From a bacterium (lineage in GTDB: Bacteria > UBP4 > UBA4092 > JAOAEQ01): DNA of 50,999 bases. The translations under genes and the position numbers were made by a program. How positions within the stretch are numbered: the stretch's first letter is position 1; each line of letters begins with the position of its first letter. The DNA is taken from positions 1-50,999 of the forward strand of contig JBHGBB010000003.1 of assembly GCA_041946755.1 (NCBI GenBank), read 5' to 3'. This document shows positions 35,574-46,036 of this stretch, one piece after another. Below the pieces are notes generated by a model. That model did not search any database and was not told the DNA's origin. It worked only from the letters and a program-made list of their open reading frames with translations.

Positions 35574-37553
35574 TTATTTAGTTGTATCAATACTCGGTAA
35601 AGCGGTCGATTCTGGTGTAGTAACTGTGGCATCACTGCTGGTTGTTTCAGCTTTTCCTTCTTCAGTCGGTTCTGCTTGAGACTCCATTAACATTTGATAT
35701 GCTTCCGGATGAATTGCAGCTAACGCCTCTCTGGTTCCCGTAACGATATGCGGAGTCATAAACAGCAATAAGTTTCGTTTCTCATGTTTCGAATCTTTCG
35801 AACTAAATAACACCGGTCCAAGAATCGGAATTTTATCTAAAATAGGAATACTTGATCCTGACTTGTTTTTACTTTGCGTAACCAAACCACCGATAACCAC
35901 GGTTTGGTTGTTCCGCACCTGGATTTTGGTATCCGCTTCACTTTTGGTGGTTTTAACTCCGGTATAACTGGTCCCACCAGCTTCCAAAGTAACCGAATCA
36001 GCGGAAGTATTTGATATTTTTACTTCCATATCGATTACCCCATCTTCATTGATATGCGGTTTAACAGATAACTGAACACCATAATCCTGGCTAACCTGCG
36101 AATAGTATTGGCTATACGTACTCGTACTCGTTGCCGGCTGAGTTACCACCGTGGTATATGGCAAAGTACCGCCGATGATAATCGATGCTTTTTCGTCATT
36201 TTTAATCAAAATTCGCGGGGAAGCGAGAATATCCGTATCGCCGGTAGAAGCATTCGGAATTTTCGCCGTTGCAGAAAGTGACCCGGTAATAAAACTGGTA
36301 TTAGTGTTGAAAAAATTGCGTACCTGCTGTTCCCAAGAACTACCTCCGGGTAATGGAATGGTGAAGTTTGAAGATGGAGTTGCGCCCGTTGTTGTTCCGG
36401 TTGAATCAGTCGACCCGCCGGTACCGGAAATATTAAACGCCAGCCCATAATTCCAGTTTATACCTAACGAAACTGATTTCGAATAATCCATATCGACTAT
36501 TTCCGCTTCGATATATACCAATTTATCCGGAGCGTCCAGTGCAGCAACAACCTTCTTTATTTTTTCAATTCGACTGGGAATATCGTCGATAATCAACCGA
36601 TTATTTCGTTTATCAACCTGAGAATAACCTTTTTTACTTAATAAATCTTTAATTTTGGTTCCTACATCTTCGGCTTTAGCATAGTTGATATTAAATACTT
36701 CGAGTTGCGTATTAATATCCAATTGTTTAACCAATTCCCGCATTTTAGCGACTGAAGATTCGACATCGGTGACGACAATAGTATTTAATCGCGAATCAAC
36801 GTCTATTTTCCCTTTCGGGCTTTTTGAACTTTCCAGCTTTTTAGCGACATCATCTGGATCTGCGAATTTGAGGGCAAATACTTCCGTTACCACGGGTATA
36901 TCGATATTAGCAATCATGGCATCAATTTTCGCTAAACTTTCCGGAGTATCGGTGATAAACAATTGGTTAGTCCGGTCATCCCGCGCGATTTTCCCAGCAG
37001 TCGATAATAGTGCAGCGATTGAATTCTGGACATCAGCTGCGTTCGCATACTGAATTTGATAAGTTTTGGTAATTACCAATTCTTTCTGCTTCTCTTGATA
37101 TTCCGGTACCGTCATAATTGTAATATTATTATCTTCCCGCATATATTTCCAGCTATTCGGTCCGGTTATAGCATCTAGTGCTTGTTCTAAGGTTGCAGCA
37201 GTTAAGGCTAAGCTGACTTTATTCCCCTTAACTCCCTTGCTTACGGTGATATTTACTCCATATCGCTTAGACATCGTACCGACAAGATTATCAATTATAG
37301 TATCGGTTAAGGTTACCGTCCATGTAATTTCTTGCCCCACCCTTGTCGTAGGTGGCGGAACTTGATTCGGAATACCAATCGTTCCATTAGGACCCGTAGG
37401 AGCGGGAGCTACGAATGGCTGCATTGGAACAGGGCCTGGAATCGGAGTCGCCGGCTTTTCAGGATTTGGAGAAGGGATTGGTGCCGTCTCTTGAGCAAAA
37501 GTAATTGATACAAGAAAAAGAGCGATTAACAAACTTAAACGAAATGATTTCAT
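35574..37553 (-). CDS. Secretin (GspD/PilQ family)
   Basis: Signal peptide, three N domains (D.RTN.L), IEAEIV, LGINW, LASPRI, VVIGGL, IPILDKIPILG.LF, FMTPHIV. Confidence 0.95.
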   Translation of the reverse strand: MKSFRLSLLIALFLVSITFAQETAPIPSPNPEKPATPIPGPVPMQPFVAPAPTGPNGTIGIPNQVPPPTTRVGQEITWTVTLTDTIIDNLVGTMSKRYGVNITVSKGVKGNKVSLALTAATLEQALDAITGPNSWKYMREDNNITIMTVPEYQEKQKELVITKTYQIQYANAADVQNSIAALLSTAGKIARDDRTNQLFITDTPESLAKIDAMIANIDIPVVTEVFALKFADPDDVAKKLESSKSPKGKIDVDSRLNTIVVTDVESSVAKMRELVKQLDINTQLEVFNINYAKAEDVGTKIKDLLSKKGYSQVDKRNNRLIIDDIPSRIEKIKKVVAALDAPDKLVYIEAEIVDMDYSKSVSLGINWNYGLAFNISGTGGSTDSTGTTTGATPSSNFTIPLPGGSSWEQQVRNFFNTNTSFITGSLSATAKIPNASTGDTDILASPRILIKNDEKASIIIGGTLPYTTVVTQPATSTSTYSQYYSQVSQDYGVQLSVKPHINEDGVIDMEVKISNTSADSVTLEAGGTSYTGVKTTKSEADTKIQVRNNQTVVIGGLVTQSKNKSGSSIPILDKIPILGPVLFSSKDSKHEKRNLLLFMTPHIVTGTREALAAIHPEAYQMLMESQAEPTEEGKAETTSSDATVTTPESTALPSIDTTK

Positions 37554-37641
37554 TTTTATCCTCCAAGAATATTATTATACTAAGAATTGATTAGCTGTGA
37601 TTATCGAACCTGATTCGTTCGATAGATACTATCGTAATAAG

Positions 37642-38373
37642 TTACATTCCTCCCATTTTAACCGTTCTTTTTTGGGTACCATAACTTAGCGTTACGCCAT
37701 CATCATTAACGCTTTCAAGCCGAATATGGTCGAACGTCGTCCCTTCTGACAGAGTGATAGAGCTTCCATGCCGCTCGATAGAAACATATGCCTCTTTCGT
37801 ATCCGGAGAAACACCATCTAATTTCCATCCCCGGGTTACCGTTTCGATATCTTGTAATACTAACCATTTCGATTCCTCTTTATAGCGTAATTCTACCCGA
37901 TTCCCAGTCTCTTCAATGCTTCCTATTTTAATTCCGTTAATTTCATCACCGGTAGTCACCTGATGAGATTCTCGCCGGGTATCGGAAATGATCGCTTGCG
38001 TTGGATCAACAATTTCTTCCAAGACCCAATTGATCGTTAATTCATTCACCCCACGTTCTCGCGGTTTCGGCGGTGGCGGTGGCGGAATTAACGGAGTAAA
38101 CAAATTCCTGCTTCCAATTCCGCGGAAATATACTTTTTGAATTACATTAGTCCCGTCAAAAGAGGTTTCTACCCGAAGCTCAGGAGACGCGGTGGTTTCC
38201 ATAGCAATTGATTCTTCAGATAGCGCGTTTAATTTCTGCTTGGCTTTGGCATCAACGATCATTCGCATCGAGCTCTTTGGTGCAGGATGCAACATAAAAA
38301 AATAATAATAACCGAGCAGTCCGAAGATAATTATGATTAAAATACTATTGGTTATTAGCTTCTTTCGGTTCAT
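37642..38373 (-). CDS. GspC/PilP-like membrane-anchored protein with two beta domains
   Basis: N-terminal TM, RNLF.P Pro-rich linker, GDEINGIKI..I; position between M and D. Confidence 0.6.
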   Translation of the reverse strand: MNRKKLITNSILIIIIFGLLGYYYFFMLHPAPKSSMRMIVDAKAKQKLNALSEESIAMETTASPELRVETSFDGTNVIQKVYFRGIGSRNLFTPLIPPPPPPKPRERGVNELTINWVLEEIVDPTQAIISDTRRESHQVTTGDEINGIKIGSIEETGNRVELRYKEESKWLVLQDIETVTRGWKLDGVSPDTKEAYVSIERHGSSITLSEGTTFDHIRLESVNDDGVTLSYGTQKRTVKMGGM

Positions 38374-38465
38374 ATATCGATAACCAAATTAAATATCAAA
38401 GGTCTAAATTCAAATTTATACTGTTTACTATTAAGCGATATCCTTAAGATTTCGAAAGTTATGTT

Positions 38466-39029
38466 TTAGTCTTTCTCCACCGGTTTCGCAACGATTTTCG
38501 CTAGGGTTAAATCAACTGAGAGAACCGGGTTGGTTACACCACTTTTTCGGTTAATCACCAATCGATGGATATATATCGCCCGATAATGCATTTCATTCAA
38601 AAATTCTCCCAATCGAGCCAAATCGGATTCAAATGTTATCGGAAGCAAATACTCTTCATATCCGGGTAAATCTTTCATTTTCATCTTTGTCACCGGATGA
38701 ATACTAAACGCTATACCCAAATTATTACCCACACTATTTGCATCAAGCATCAAAACATCTTCGGGTAATTTATTTTCGGTAACCCCTTTCATTTCAATTT
38801 GCGATTGATACCGGGCAAAGTCCTGTTCAATTACCGCTCGACGGTTGACTAAACCACGGATTTTCTTCAAATCCGTTTCTTTCTTTTGTACTTGCTGTGA
38901 TAAGATAAACCATTTTCCTGCTATTGGTACCAGTATCCAATATAAAACCATAGCGGATACCAGTATCGCCGCCGTTAAATAAAGCAGCATTCGTTCTCGT
39001 TTGGTGGTTACAAATTTATCCAGCCACAT
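38466..39029 (-). CDS. GspM/PilO-like protein
   Basis: KRERMLL + TM, coiled coil, LGEFL ferredoxin-like domain. Confidence 0.75.
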   Translation of the reverse strand: MWLDKFVTTKRERMLLYLTAAILVSAMVLYWILVPIAGKWFILSQQVQKKETDLKKIRGLVNRRAVIEQDFARYQSQIEMKGVTENKLPEDVLMLDANSVGNNLGIAFSIHPVTKMKMKDLPGYEEYLLPITFESDLARLGEFLNEMHYRAIYIHRLVINRKSGVTNPVLSVDLTLAKIVAKPVEKD

Positions 39030-39078
39030 AATATAGTTATTTTGGTTATGCTAATATATACTAATATATAAAAATAGT

Positions 39079-40740
39079 TTATTTGGTGCTTTTCATATCA
39101 GGATTCGAACTGGTCTTAATTAACCGGCATTCGATAGTAAAAAATTGTACCGGCTTACCTTCCATCTGACCGAGCCTGGTTTCCCGGAGTTTTACCAAAT
39201 CAAATAATTCCGATTTCGCTAACGCTTCCCTAATTGCGATAGTATCTGGCAGACTAATCGCGGCACCTTCAATCGTCAATTGTCCATTACGTTTATAATC
39301 AAAACGAGTTATTGCAACTTTTTCGGGTATAAAATCGATCTGACTTAGAAGTGCTAAACTATCTATCGCTGCGTCTTTAGGAGTAAACATCCCTTTAATT
39401 CGTTCAACTTGCGCCTGCATTTCCATTAATTTCTCTGCCAATGGTTTCATTTCTTGTAGGCTACGATTAATTTCGAGAATTCGATGTTCTCGATAACTAT
39501 ATTCTCGATACCCGGCATAGCTGCCGATTAATACCATAAGCCCGACAAGGATTCCGATAAGAAGATATTGCCGCTGCTTAACCAGTTGTTTTCGTTTACT
39601 TAATAATTCTTTTGGCAATAGGTTTATTCCAGCACCGAGCGCAGTTTCAGTCCCCCGGAGTGCTAGACCAATTGCGATATTGATATTTGATTTCCATTTA
39701 GTTATTTTTTCTGACTCGAGTGATCGATTGATCCCAATATTTTTTAATGCATCTGCAACGATTATTTCTGTATTTAACTCTTTCGCTAAATGCTCAGAAA
39801 ATCCTTTTAAACGAGATAAACCTCCACTAAGGATAATCGAATCAAATTGTGATACTCCCGATTCTGACCGGAAATATTCGAGTGATTGTTTGATTTCATT
39901 ATCTAGTTGTTCTAGCCATGGTAAGATAGCCTGCGCTAATCGTTCTTGATGGTAAGCATCAATACCGAAATTAGCTTGCGTTAAATTGATATGTGGTAAC
40001 ATCGATTCAGCGGTCTGTTCATCAATTTGAAATTCTGCTTGCAACCGTTGTATCAACTGATTTCCTGCAACAGCTGCGCTCCGAGAATAGACTAGAATCC
40101 GGTTCTGGACTAAAGTTAGGTCGGTCATGCTTGCGCCAATGTCGATCAAAGCTTGTACCGCACCTTCCTCTAATTGATCACTCTGCCGCATAGCGGTATA
40201 AATCGCTACTGAACCAACGGAAACAATCTCTGGTTCTATCCCGATTTTCTTGAATAAAGCAAGATGGTCGTCGATGATCTGTCGGCGCACCGCGACCAAC
40301 AAAACCTGTGATCCTCCGATAGCAGAAGCGCCCATAATCTGGAAATTCAAAATATCATCTTCGGCTAAAAAGGGAATATGTTTTGCCGCTTCAAATCGAA
40401 TCATTTGCTCGATTTCCGCCGGAGAATCGGTTGGCAAGGTGATGGATCTGATCGTAGTTAAGTGCTTGGGAATAGCAGTAACAAGATGGGTTGGCCGAAT
40501 CTTCTGCGCAGATAAAAGCTGATGAATAGTTTTAATCAAATTTGATTCGGTTTTGGTCTTAAATTCCAATTCCGGTTGATTTTGGTCCGATTCTATCAAT
40601 TCAACACGATCTCCGCGTAACGAAGGAAGATCAATCGTTGCCAGATTAACCAGTTGAGTCGACCCACCTCGACCGCGTTTTAGCTGAACCAATTTAATCG
40701 TTTTGGTACCGATATCTAAACCGGTATATATTTTAGGCAT
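39079..40740 (-). CDS. PilM-PilN fusion (GspL-like)
   Basis: GLDIGTKTIKLV actin-like domain, IDIGAS, LSGG, AIGLAL, then INLLP + TM + PilN domain. Confidence 0.88.
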   Translation of the reverse strand: MPKIYTGLDIGTKTIKLVQLKRGRGGSTQLVNLATIDLPSLRGDRVELIESDQNQPELEFKTKTESNLIKTIHQLLSAQKIRPTHLVTAIPKHLTTIRSITLPTDSPAEIEQMIRFEAAKHIPFLAEDDILNFQIMGASAIGGSQVLLVAVRRQIIDDHLALFKKIGIEPEIVSVGSVAIYTAMRQSDQLEEGAVQALIDIGASMTDLTLVQNRILVYSRSAAVAGNQLIQRLQAEFQIDEQTAESMLPHINLTQANFGIDAYHQERLAQAILPWLEQLDNEIKQSLEYFRSESGVSQFDSIILSGGLSRLKGFSEHLAKELNTEIIVADALKNIGINRSLESEKITKWKSNINIAIGLALRGTETALGAGINLLPKELLSKRKQLVKQRQYLLIGILVGLMVLIGSYAGYREYSYREHRILEINRSLQEMKPLAEKLMEMQAQVERIKGMFTPKDAAIDSLALLSQIDFIPEKVAITRFDYKRNGQLTIEGAAISLPDTIAIREALAKSELFDLVKLRETRLGQMEGKPVQFFTIECRLIKTSSNPDMKSTK

Positions 40741-40890
40741 AAGTTTCCGCTTTTAATCCCATACCTGTTTTTATTATAACAGGATATTATAGCAAACATT
40801 AGTTCTATAAGTTAAATTAGCTTTCCCTTCACTATCAGACTCTACTAAAACCAAGATTCATGAACCTGAACCGCGGGATTGGCTTCCAAT

Positions 40891-42012
40891 TTAATTTTCA
40901 ATCCATTGTTTAATGTGCAGCGCTACTCCTTCTTTATTGGATTTATTTTCATTATCTATATACTCTTTTTCTTCATCAGTAAGTTGACGGACAACCCAAT
41001 CCCGGGAGATTAACGCGGAAACCGTCTTTTGTACACCATGAACTTCTCCGGTAGCAGTTATTTCAAATAAGTTGGTATTAACCATTACGCGACCAATAAG
41101 CACTCTAGCTATTCCGGAATTCATTCCTGGCAATGTATTTATTTCACCAATATCTGTAAATGGTTTATCATCATCGGTTCCCGGTTCTTCATCCAACCCA
41201 TCTCGACGTTCAATAACCGCTTTTGCCAAATTTTGAGCAAGTTCAATATCGGATACGCCGCTACGGAACCAGGCTACCAACACTGGATATGGTGCGGTAT
41301 TGATATTAATTAACCCGGAACCATGTACTGTAAATAATTCATAAAGACTCCGTTTTTTCCCTTCTTCTGCATCCAGTTCGACTTTGCCATAGAGCAGTTC
41401 TGGCGTCATTCCCGGTAAATTGAGCAGTTCATCAACCGTTTCAAATTGTGCGTTTTTCATCTGATATTGCGGATGAGCAGTATCCGATGATTCCGGATTA
41501 TAATAACTGGTTTCATCTAATGTGGTATCCTTCCAGTATTGGGTATCGGTATCGCGATAATCAGTTAACGCATCGGCAATTAAATTGAGTTGATCTTCAT
41601 TATTTTCCAGTTCCGGATGCATAACGGTAAGTATTCCGACCATCATTTCTCGAGTCGTATAATTGATATTGATTTTACTATATTCGTCGGTTACCTGTAC
41701 CGAATATTTTCCATCACCAAGCTCAATATTAGTATAATATTCTTCGCTATTTTCATTATTCGCCCAGTTTTCGCCAAGGGTATCAATAACGCGTGGGCGC
41801 GCTTTCCGGTCAAGAATCAAGTCGTTTTTAAGTTCGACCATCGCTCGGTTGATCCCGGCTTGTGCTAATTCCGATGCAATATTCTGATCAAGTTGGTATC
41901 GTGCCAACCGTGATTCTAGGTGCATCTCAAATGCAAAACCAAGTGCGATAGTCGATAAAATCAGTAGAATCCATAAGGTGATGATAAGAACAACACCAGA
42001 TTGATTATCCAT
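40891..42012 (-). CDS. gspK: GspK minor pseudopilin
   Basis: SG|VVLIITLW, DEYSKININ, FETVDELL.LPG, GLININTA. Confidence 0.9.
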   Translation of the reverse strand: MDNQSGVVLIITLWILLILSTIALGFAFEMHLESRLARYQLDQNIASELAQAGINRAMVELKNDLILDRKARPRVIDTLGENWANNENSEEYYTNIELGDGKYSVQVTDEYSKININYTTREMMVGILTVMHPELENNEDQLNLIADALTDYRDTDTQYWKDTTLDETSYYNPESSDTAHPQYQMKNAQFETVDELLNLPGMTPELLYGKVELDAEEGKKRSLYELFTVHGSGLININTAPYPVLVAWFRSGVSDIELAQNLAKAVIERRDGLDEEPGTDDDKPFTDIGEINTLPGMNSGIARVLIGRVMVNTNLFEITATGEVHGVQKTVSALISRDWVVRQLTDEEKEYIDNENKSNKEGVALHIKQWIEN

Positions 42013-42070
42013 AAATTAAGTTATTAATATTAATTATTGGTTTTCGCTTAATAATTAACCGCTGGTTATA

Positions 42071-42946
42071 TTAACTCGAGATTGCTGCCGGAATTTGAGT
42101 AACCACAATAAATTCATGAATTATCGGCTTTTTCCCTTCCCGTTCTCGAATCGAAAATGTAACCTCGATTGCATCCGGTAAAAGGTCTGGATAAATCCGA
42201 ATCGGGACGGTTCGTTTCGTAGTCAGTTCTATTTCATCGGTTTGTTCTCGTGGATGCCGATATTTATCGATTCGAGAATCCCAATCTTCAACCCAAACCC
42301 ATTTGTCTTCTTTCATATACCCAAACCGAATTCTAAACCCAACAACATTATCTGCAATTTCATCAACTGAAGCGACTCGACTCGATGCTGGAGAAGAGAG
42401 ATCGGCTCGTTCCCGATAAAGATTGGTCCCTTCAAGGTAATATCGAATCGCAAAAACCTGCTCGCGGAGTAACGATTGATGAACTACCGGATTCTCTCGA
42501 ACACAATAGAATGAGACTTCAGCGGTGTTCCCGGAGAAAGGATATGGATTGCGTGCATATGAGCTTTCGTCGATAACTATGGTATCTTCACTATAAGAAG
42601 TATCTTCGGTATCCTGGCTTGGCGGGGGTGGCGGAACATCATATGCTGTCTCTTCAATTCCGCAAATAGACCGGAAATCGGGTTGCATGGTATCTGCTAC
42701 TGCCCGAGAAGCGACATAAACCGTTTTAACTGAAGTTCCGCTGCGATATACCGCTATCCCGGTTCGAAATGTAGTATACACCGCAGCGATTACCATCGTG
42801 AAAATCAATACTCCTAGAATTATTTCGAGAAGAGTGAATCCTGCATGAGAAATGCCAAATGTCCAATCCCGAACAGATGTTTGTTTGGCACTTACGGCGT
42901 TGAATCTAGCGCTGCGTATTTTATTTCTTATTAATAGTGATTTCAT
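42071..42946 (-). CDS. GspJ-like minor pseudopilin
   Basis: AG|FTLLEI, WVEDW..LPDAIEV. Confidence 0.85.
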   Translation of the reverse strand: MKSLLIRNKIRSARFNAVSAKQTSVRDWTFGISHAGFTLLEIILGVLIFTMVIAAVYTTFRTGIAVYRSGTSVKTVYVASRAVADTMQPDFRSICGIEETAYDVPPPPPSQDTEDTSYSEDTIVIDESSYARNPYPFSGNTAEVSFYCVRENPVVHQSLLREQVFAIRYYLEGTNLYRERADLSSPASSRVASVDEIADNVVGFRIRFGYMKEDKWVWVEDWDSRIDKYRHPREQTDEIELTTKRTVPIRIYPDLLPDAIEVTFSIREREGKKPIIHEFIVVTQIPAAISS

Positions 42947-43392
42947 TCTGAATCTAAATATGATACTTTTTGAGTTATATAGGTTACCAGCTCTATCGGA
43001 ATCGATACCCGGTTCCGTTCTTCATATTTAATCCGCAACGTTATTTGATAATATTTCTCCGGATCTATGGTTATTTCGGTATCGGTATCCGGGAACTCCG
43101 AATCTTTCTCTTCAATTTCATATTCCCAGGTATATTCCGGATATTGGTCGCCAAAATCACCGCTATCCCTGGATTTCCAATCTTCCATCGGCGTGGTTCT
43201 AATTTCAAACATCTTTTGATTGGCAAGTTGCACCGCTTCAGAATATCTGCGAGTGGTAGAAATGATTTTCGTTGATGATGAAAATGCTCCGATTATCGCT
43301 ACCAGCCCTATCGATAGAATCAAAACCGAAATCAAGACTTCAAGCAGGATGAATCCGATTTCGGATTTTAGATGTAATTGTTTATTTGCCAT
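42943..43392 (-). CDS. GspI-like minor pseudopilin
   Basis: IG|FILLEV, LANQKM.EI, SGDF, YTWEY. Confidence 0.85.
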   Translation of the reverse strand: MANKQLHLKSEIGFILLEVLISVLILSIGLVAIIGAFSSSTKIISTTRRYSEAVQLANQKMFEIRTTPMEDWKSRDSGDFGDQYPEYTWEYEIEEKDSEFPDTDTEITIDPEKYYQITLRIKYEERNRVSIPIELVTYITQKVSYLDSE

Positions 43393-43399
43393 TGTGATT

Positions 43400-44374
43400 T
43401 TAGATTTTGGTTTTAGCTATAAAATATGATAGTTCATTTCCAAACAATCGGGCAATTTGGTCCGGGTATTTAACCAGATATTCTTCTATCCGGGAACCGA
43501 TTTTTTGAGTATTCGCTACCCAGTCACGTTTGGGTTCATCGGTCTTCAAAAGTTCTATTGGCGGTTCGATAATAATTCTATGTCGATATTTATGTTTTGT
43601 CCGAAGCATGAACGTTGGTAGTATCGGCGCTTGAGAGCGTTGCGCTATCGCTACCGGACCGGAGGATAACGATACCTGCCGTCCTTGCATATTGACTGCA
43701 ACTCGATTGTCGCCGCCTAATCCATCGACTGCAATCGCTAGAATTTCATTCTGTTTTAAACAGCGGAATGCCGGCAGCATCATCTGGTGGATATAAATGA
43801 ATTTCGCCGGTAACGCTAATTCCAGCCGATGCATTATCTGCATAATCCGTTTCAACATTGGGGTTAATGGTGGCAAATCAATAGATTCATTGCTTTCCGG
43901 AACCAGTATATCTTGTAGCGACCGGCCGATTTGGTTTATCGGAAATTTTCTACCGCCTAGTGCAAGCATTAATATTTGCGGATTCCCAAAATGCGGATGA
44001 ACCAGAATCGCTCCTTGATTTTTCGATAATGCTGCTTTTAGATTATCCAATCCTTCAATTTCAGTATACGTTTCAGCCGGAATTTTCGCGAGCTTCTGAT
44101 AAAGTAAAATATCGATATGATTCAAAACCATATTTACTATTGATTGCCGAACAATATGGTGCATTGTTTTTGGGTTAAGGTTTTTGGCAAAATCCAATGA
44201 GCGGAGTTCCGATTCAGTTCGAGCCCGCCGTTTTCTAGCCACCAGATAGAATCCGTACCCTAACCAAGTACCGATACCATATGCTACCGGTAACGGTAAC
44301 ATCACCAAAATCCAGCGCAACGGAAACCAGAAAAACCAACGCGCGATATCTTTTAATAACAGTAAGATAATCAT
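43400..44374 (-). CDS. LpxL/HtrB-family lysophospholipid acyltransferase
   Basis: IEGLDNL..AL, HFGNP, IAVD, GP..IA....A.ILP, YPDQ. Confidence 0.85.
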   Translation of the reverse strand: MIILLLLKDIARWFFWFPLRWILVMLPLPVAYGIGTWLGYGFYLVARKRRARTESELRSLDFAKNLNPKTMHHIVRQSIVNMVLNHIDILLYQKLAKIPAETYTEIEGLDNLKAALSKNQGAILVHPHFGNPQILMLALGGRKFPINQIGRSLQDILVPESNESIDLPPLTPMLKRIMQIMHRLELALPAKFIYIHQMMLPAFRCLKQNEILAIAVDGLGGDNRVAVNMQGRQVSLSSGPVAIAQRSQAPILPTFMLRTKHKYRHRIIIEPPIELLKTDEPKRDWVANTQKIGSRIEEYLVKYPDQIARLFGNELSYFIAKTKI

Positions 44375-45939
44375 TAAATCGTTTGTTTTATACCGTTCGG
44401 TTTCGGTTTCAAGATTGTTTTAATCGTCTCAAGTTCTCGCGGGGTAATCGCTCTAACCAGATAAATTAAAACAAGATAAACTATCGAACTTAAAATCCCA
44501 AAAATAACCCAGTTGAATGAAGTGGTTAAATAGAGCATCGCTCCCATTCCAAATCCAGCCAAGACCGGTTTCGGAAAAGCACCTAGAATCGATTTGGTAC
44601 CGGTATATTGCCGGATAAAATAGAAGAAGGCAAGAAATAATACCAGATATGCGATTGAAGTCGACCAACTTGCACCAAGTGCTCCATATCGCGGAATTAA
44701 TATCATATTCAGAATAAGATTGGTGATTAGACAAAGGGTATTACAAACTAAAATCAGTTTCTGTCGTTTGATACTAATCAAGAAGTTATTCATCAGCAGT
44801 TCCAGGAACGTCACCGGGAAAGAGATCATGAGAATTTGTAAACAAGGTACCGCATCACTGAATTTGCTACCGAAAATCAACAGGATAATCGGTTTGGCTA
44901 ACAAGAGAAACGAAACGATTACCGGGATACAGAGGATAACCGAGAATTTAAACGCCCGGATAAATAGATTAATGAGTTCTTCTGATTTATCCGGAGGTTG
45001 ATGTGTCTCGAAGGATGGTTGGTCCGGCCGATGCGACTCTTGATCCGGTGCGACCGGAAACCGGCAATCCCGATTTTTTGCGGCACGTGAGAATACCGGA
45101 AATAGCGCCATACTTAAGGCAAACGGGATAAATTGGAATTGGAATAGAAGCCTTAACGGAGCATAGAATATCGCGATTTGTTCCGAAGTGCTGAATGCCT
45201 GAAGAAACAAGACTCCGGTTTTCATATATGCTTGGGTAATTAAAAATGCGATGGCAATCGGCACCGCTTGTTTTCCGAGATACCTCAACGTGTGGTGGTT
45301 GTCCAAGATAGGATGCGTTGGTTCAAGTGCACCGCTAGAAGGTTGTACTGGAGCAATTTTCCTGGTATAAACCAGGAAGAGAAAAATCGTTTTTGCTACG
45401 GTGGCAAGCACTAACGCTAAAAAAAGATACCATAGGCTGCCGTTTAAAAGAATAACGATAATCGTTATCGCTAAAGTAGTTAAGCGATATATCATAGTCG
45501 ATAGCGTATCATAATGCATTAGTTCATAAGCGTTTAAAATATCTAAAAAACTTAAAGAACAGATGCTGAACGATTCCGATAGTGCCATCATTAATATTGC
45601 CAGAACTAATCCGGTGGGATCGTGGCGGATAAAAAAGGTAATAAAAGTGATTATGCCAAGTAAGATAATACTGAGTCCTACCCGAAGCAGCAGACTCGCA
45701 TGAAGATATGGTTTTGCCTGTTGCCGGTTTTGTGCTACCTCTCGAATAGTGATCTGGGTGATTCCGGCATACCCGAGAGGAAACAGCAGGGTTACAAAAT
45801 TTATAATGAATCCATATTGTCCAAATGACACTAAATCGAGATATCGTGCGATGAGGTAGATTAATGCAAAAGCGCTGAGGACATCTACGATTCGAGCCAG
45901 GAGAACAAAAAACGAATTTTTTGCTACGGTAGCTAACAT
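44374..45939 (-). CDS. Wzx-type polysaccharide flippase
   Basis: KNS N-terminus, ARYL...FGQY, ~14 TM segments, N..LIPRYGALGA. Confidence 0.9.
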   Translation of the reverse strand: MLATVAKNSFFVLLARIVDVLSAFALIYLIARYLDLVSFGQYGFIINFVTLLFPLGYAGITQITIREVAQNRQQAKPYLHASLLLRVGLSIILLGIITFITFFIRHDPTGLVLAILMMALSESFSICSLSFLDILNAYELMHYDTLSTMIYRLTTLAITIIVILLNGSLWYLFLALVLATVAKTIFLFLVYTRKIAPVQPSSGALEPTHPILDNHHTLRYLGKQAVPIAIAFLITQAYMKTGVLFLQAFSTSEQIAIFYAPLRLLFQFQFIPFALSMALFPVFSRAAKNRDCRFPVAPDQESHRPDQPSFETHQPPDKSEELINLFIRAFKFSVILCIPVIVSFLLLAKPIILLIFGSKFSDAVPCLQILMISFPVTFLELLMNNFLISIKRQKLILVCNTLCLITNLILNMILIPRYGALGASWSTSIAYLVLFLAFFYFIRQYTGTKSILGAFPKPVLAGFGMGAMLYLTTSFNWVIFGILSSIVYLVLIYLVRAITPRELETIKTILKPKPNGIKQTI

Positions 45940-45952
45940 AATAGAAATAAAA

Positions 45953-46036
45953 AAAAGTCCGAAGTCGTAAGTCGTAAGTCCTAAGAGAAACCAAGTATAA
46001 TCTTTCGGACCAAAGACTTAAGACTTAGGACTGCTT
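45953..46036. repeat. AAGTCCG-family heptamer hairpin overlapping wzc stop
   Basis: aagtccgaagtcgtaagtcgtaagtcctaag ... agacttaagacttaggactgctt. Confidence 0.8.
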
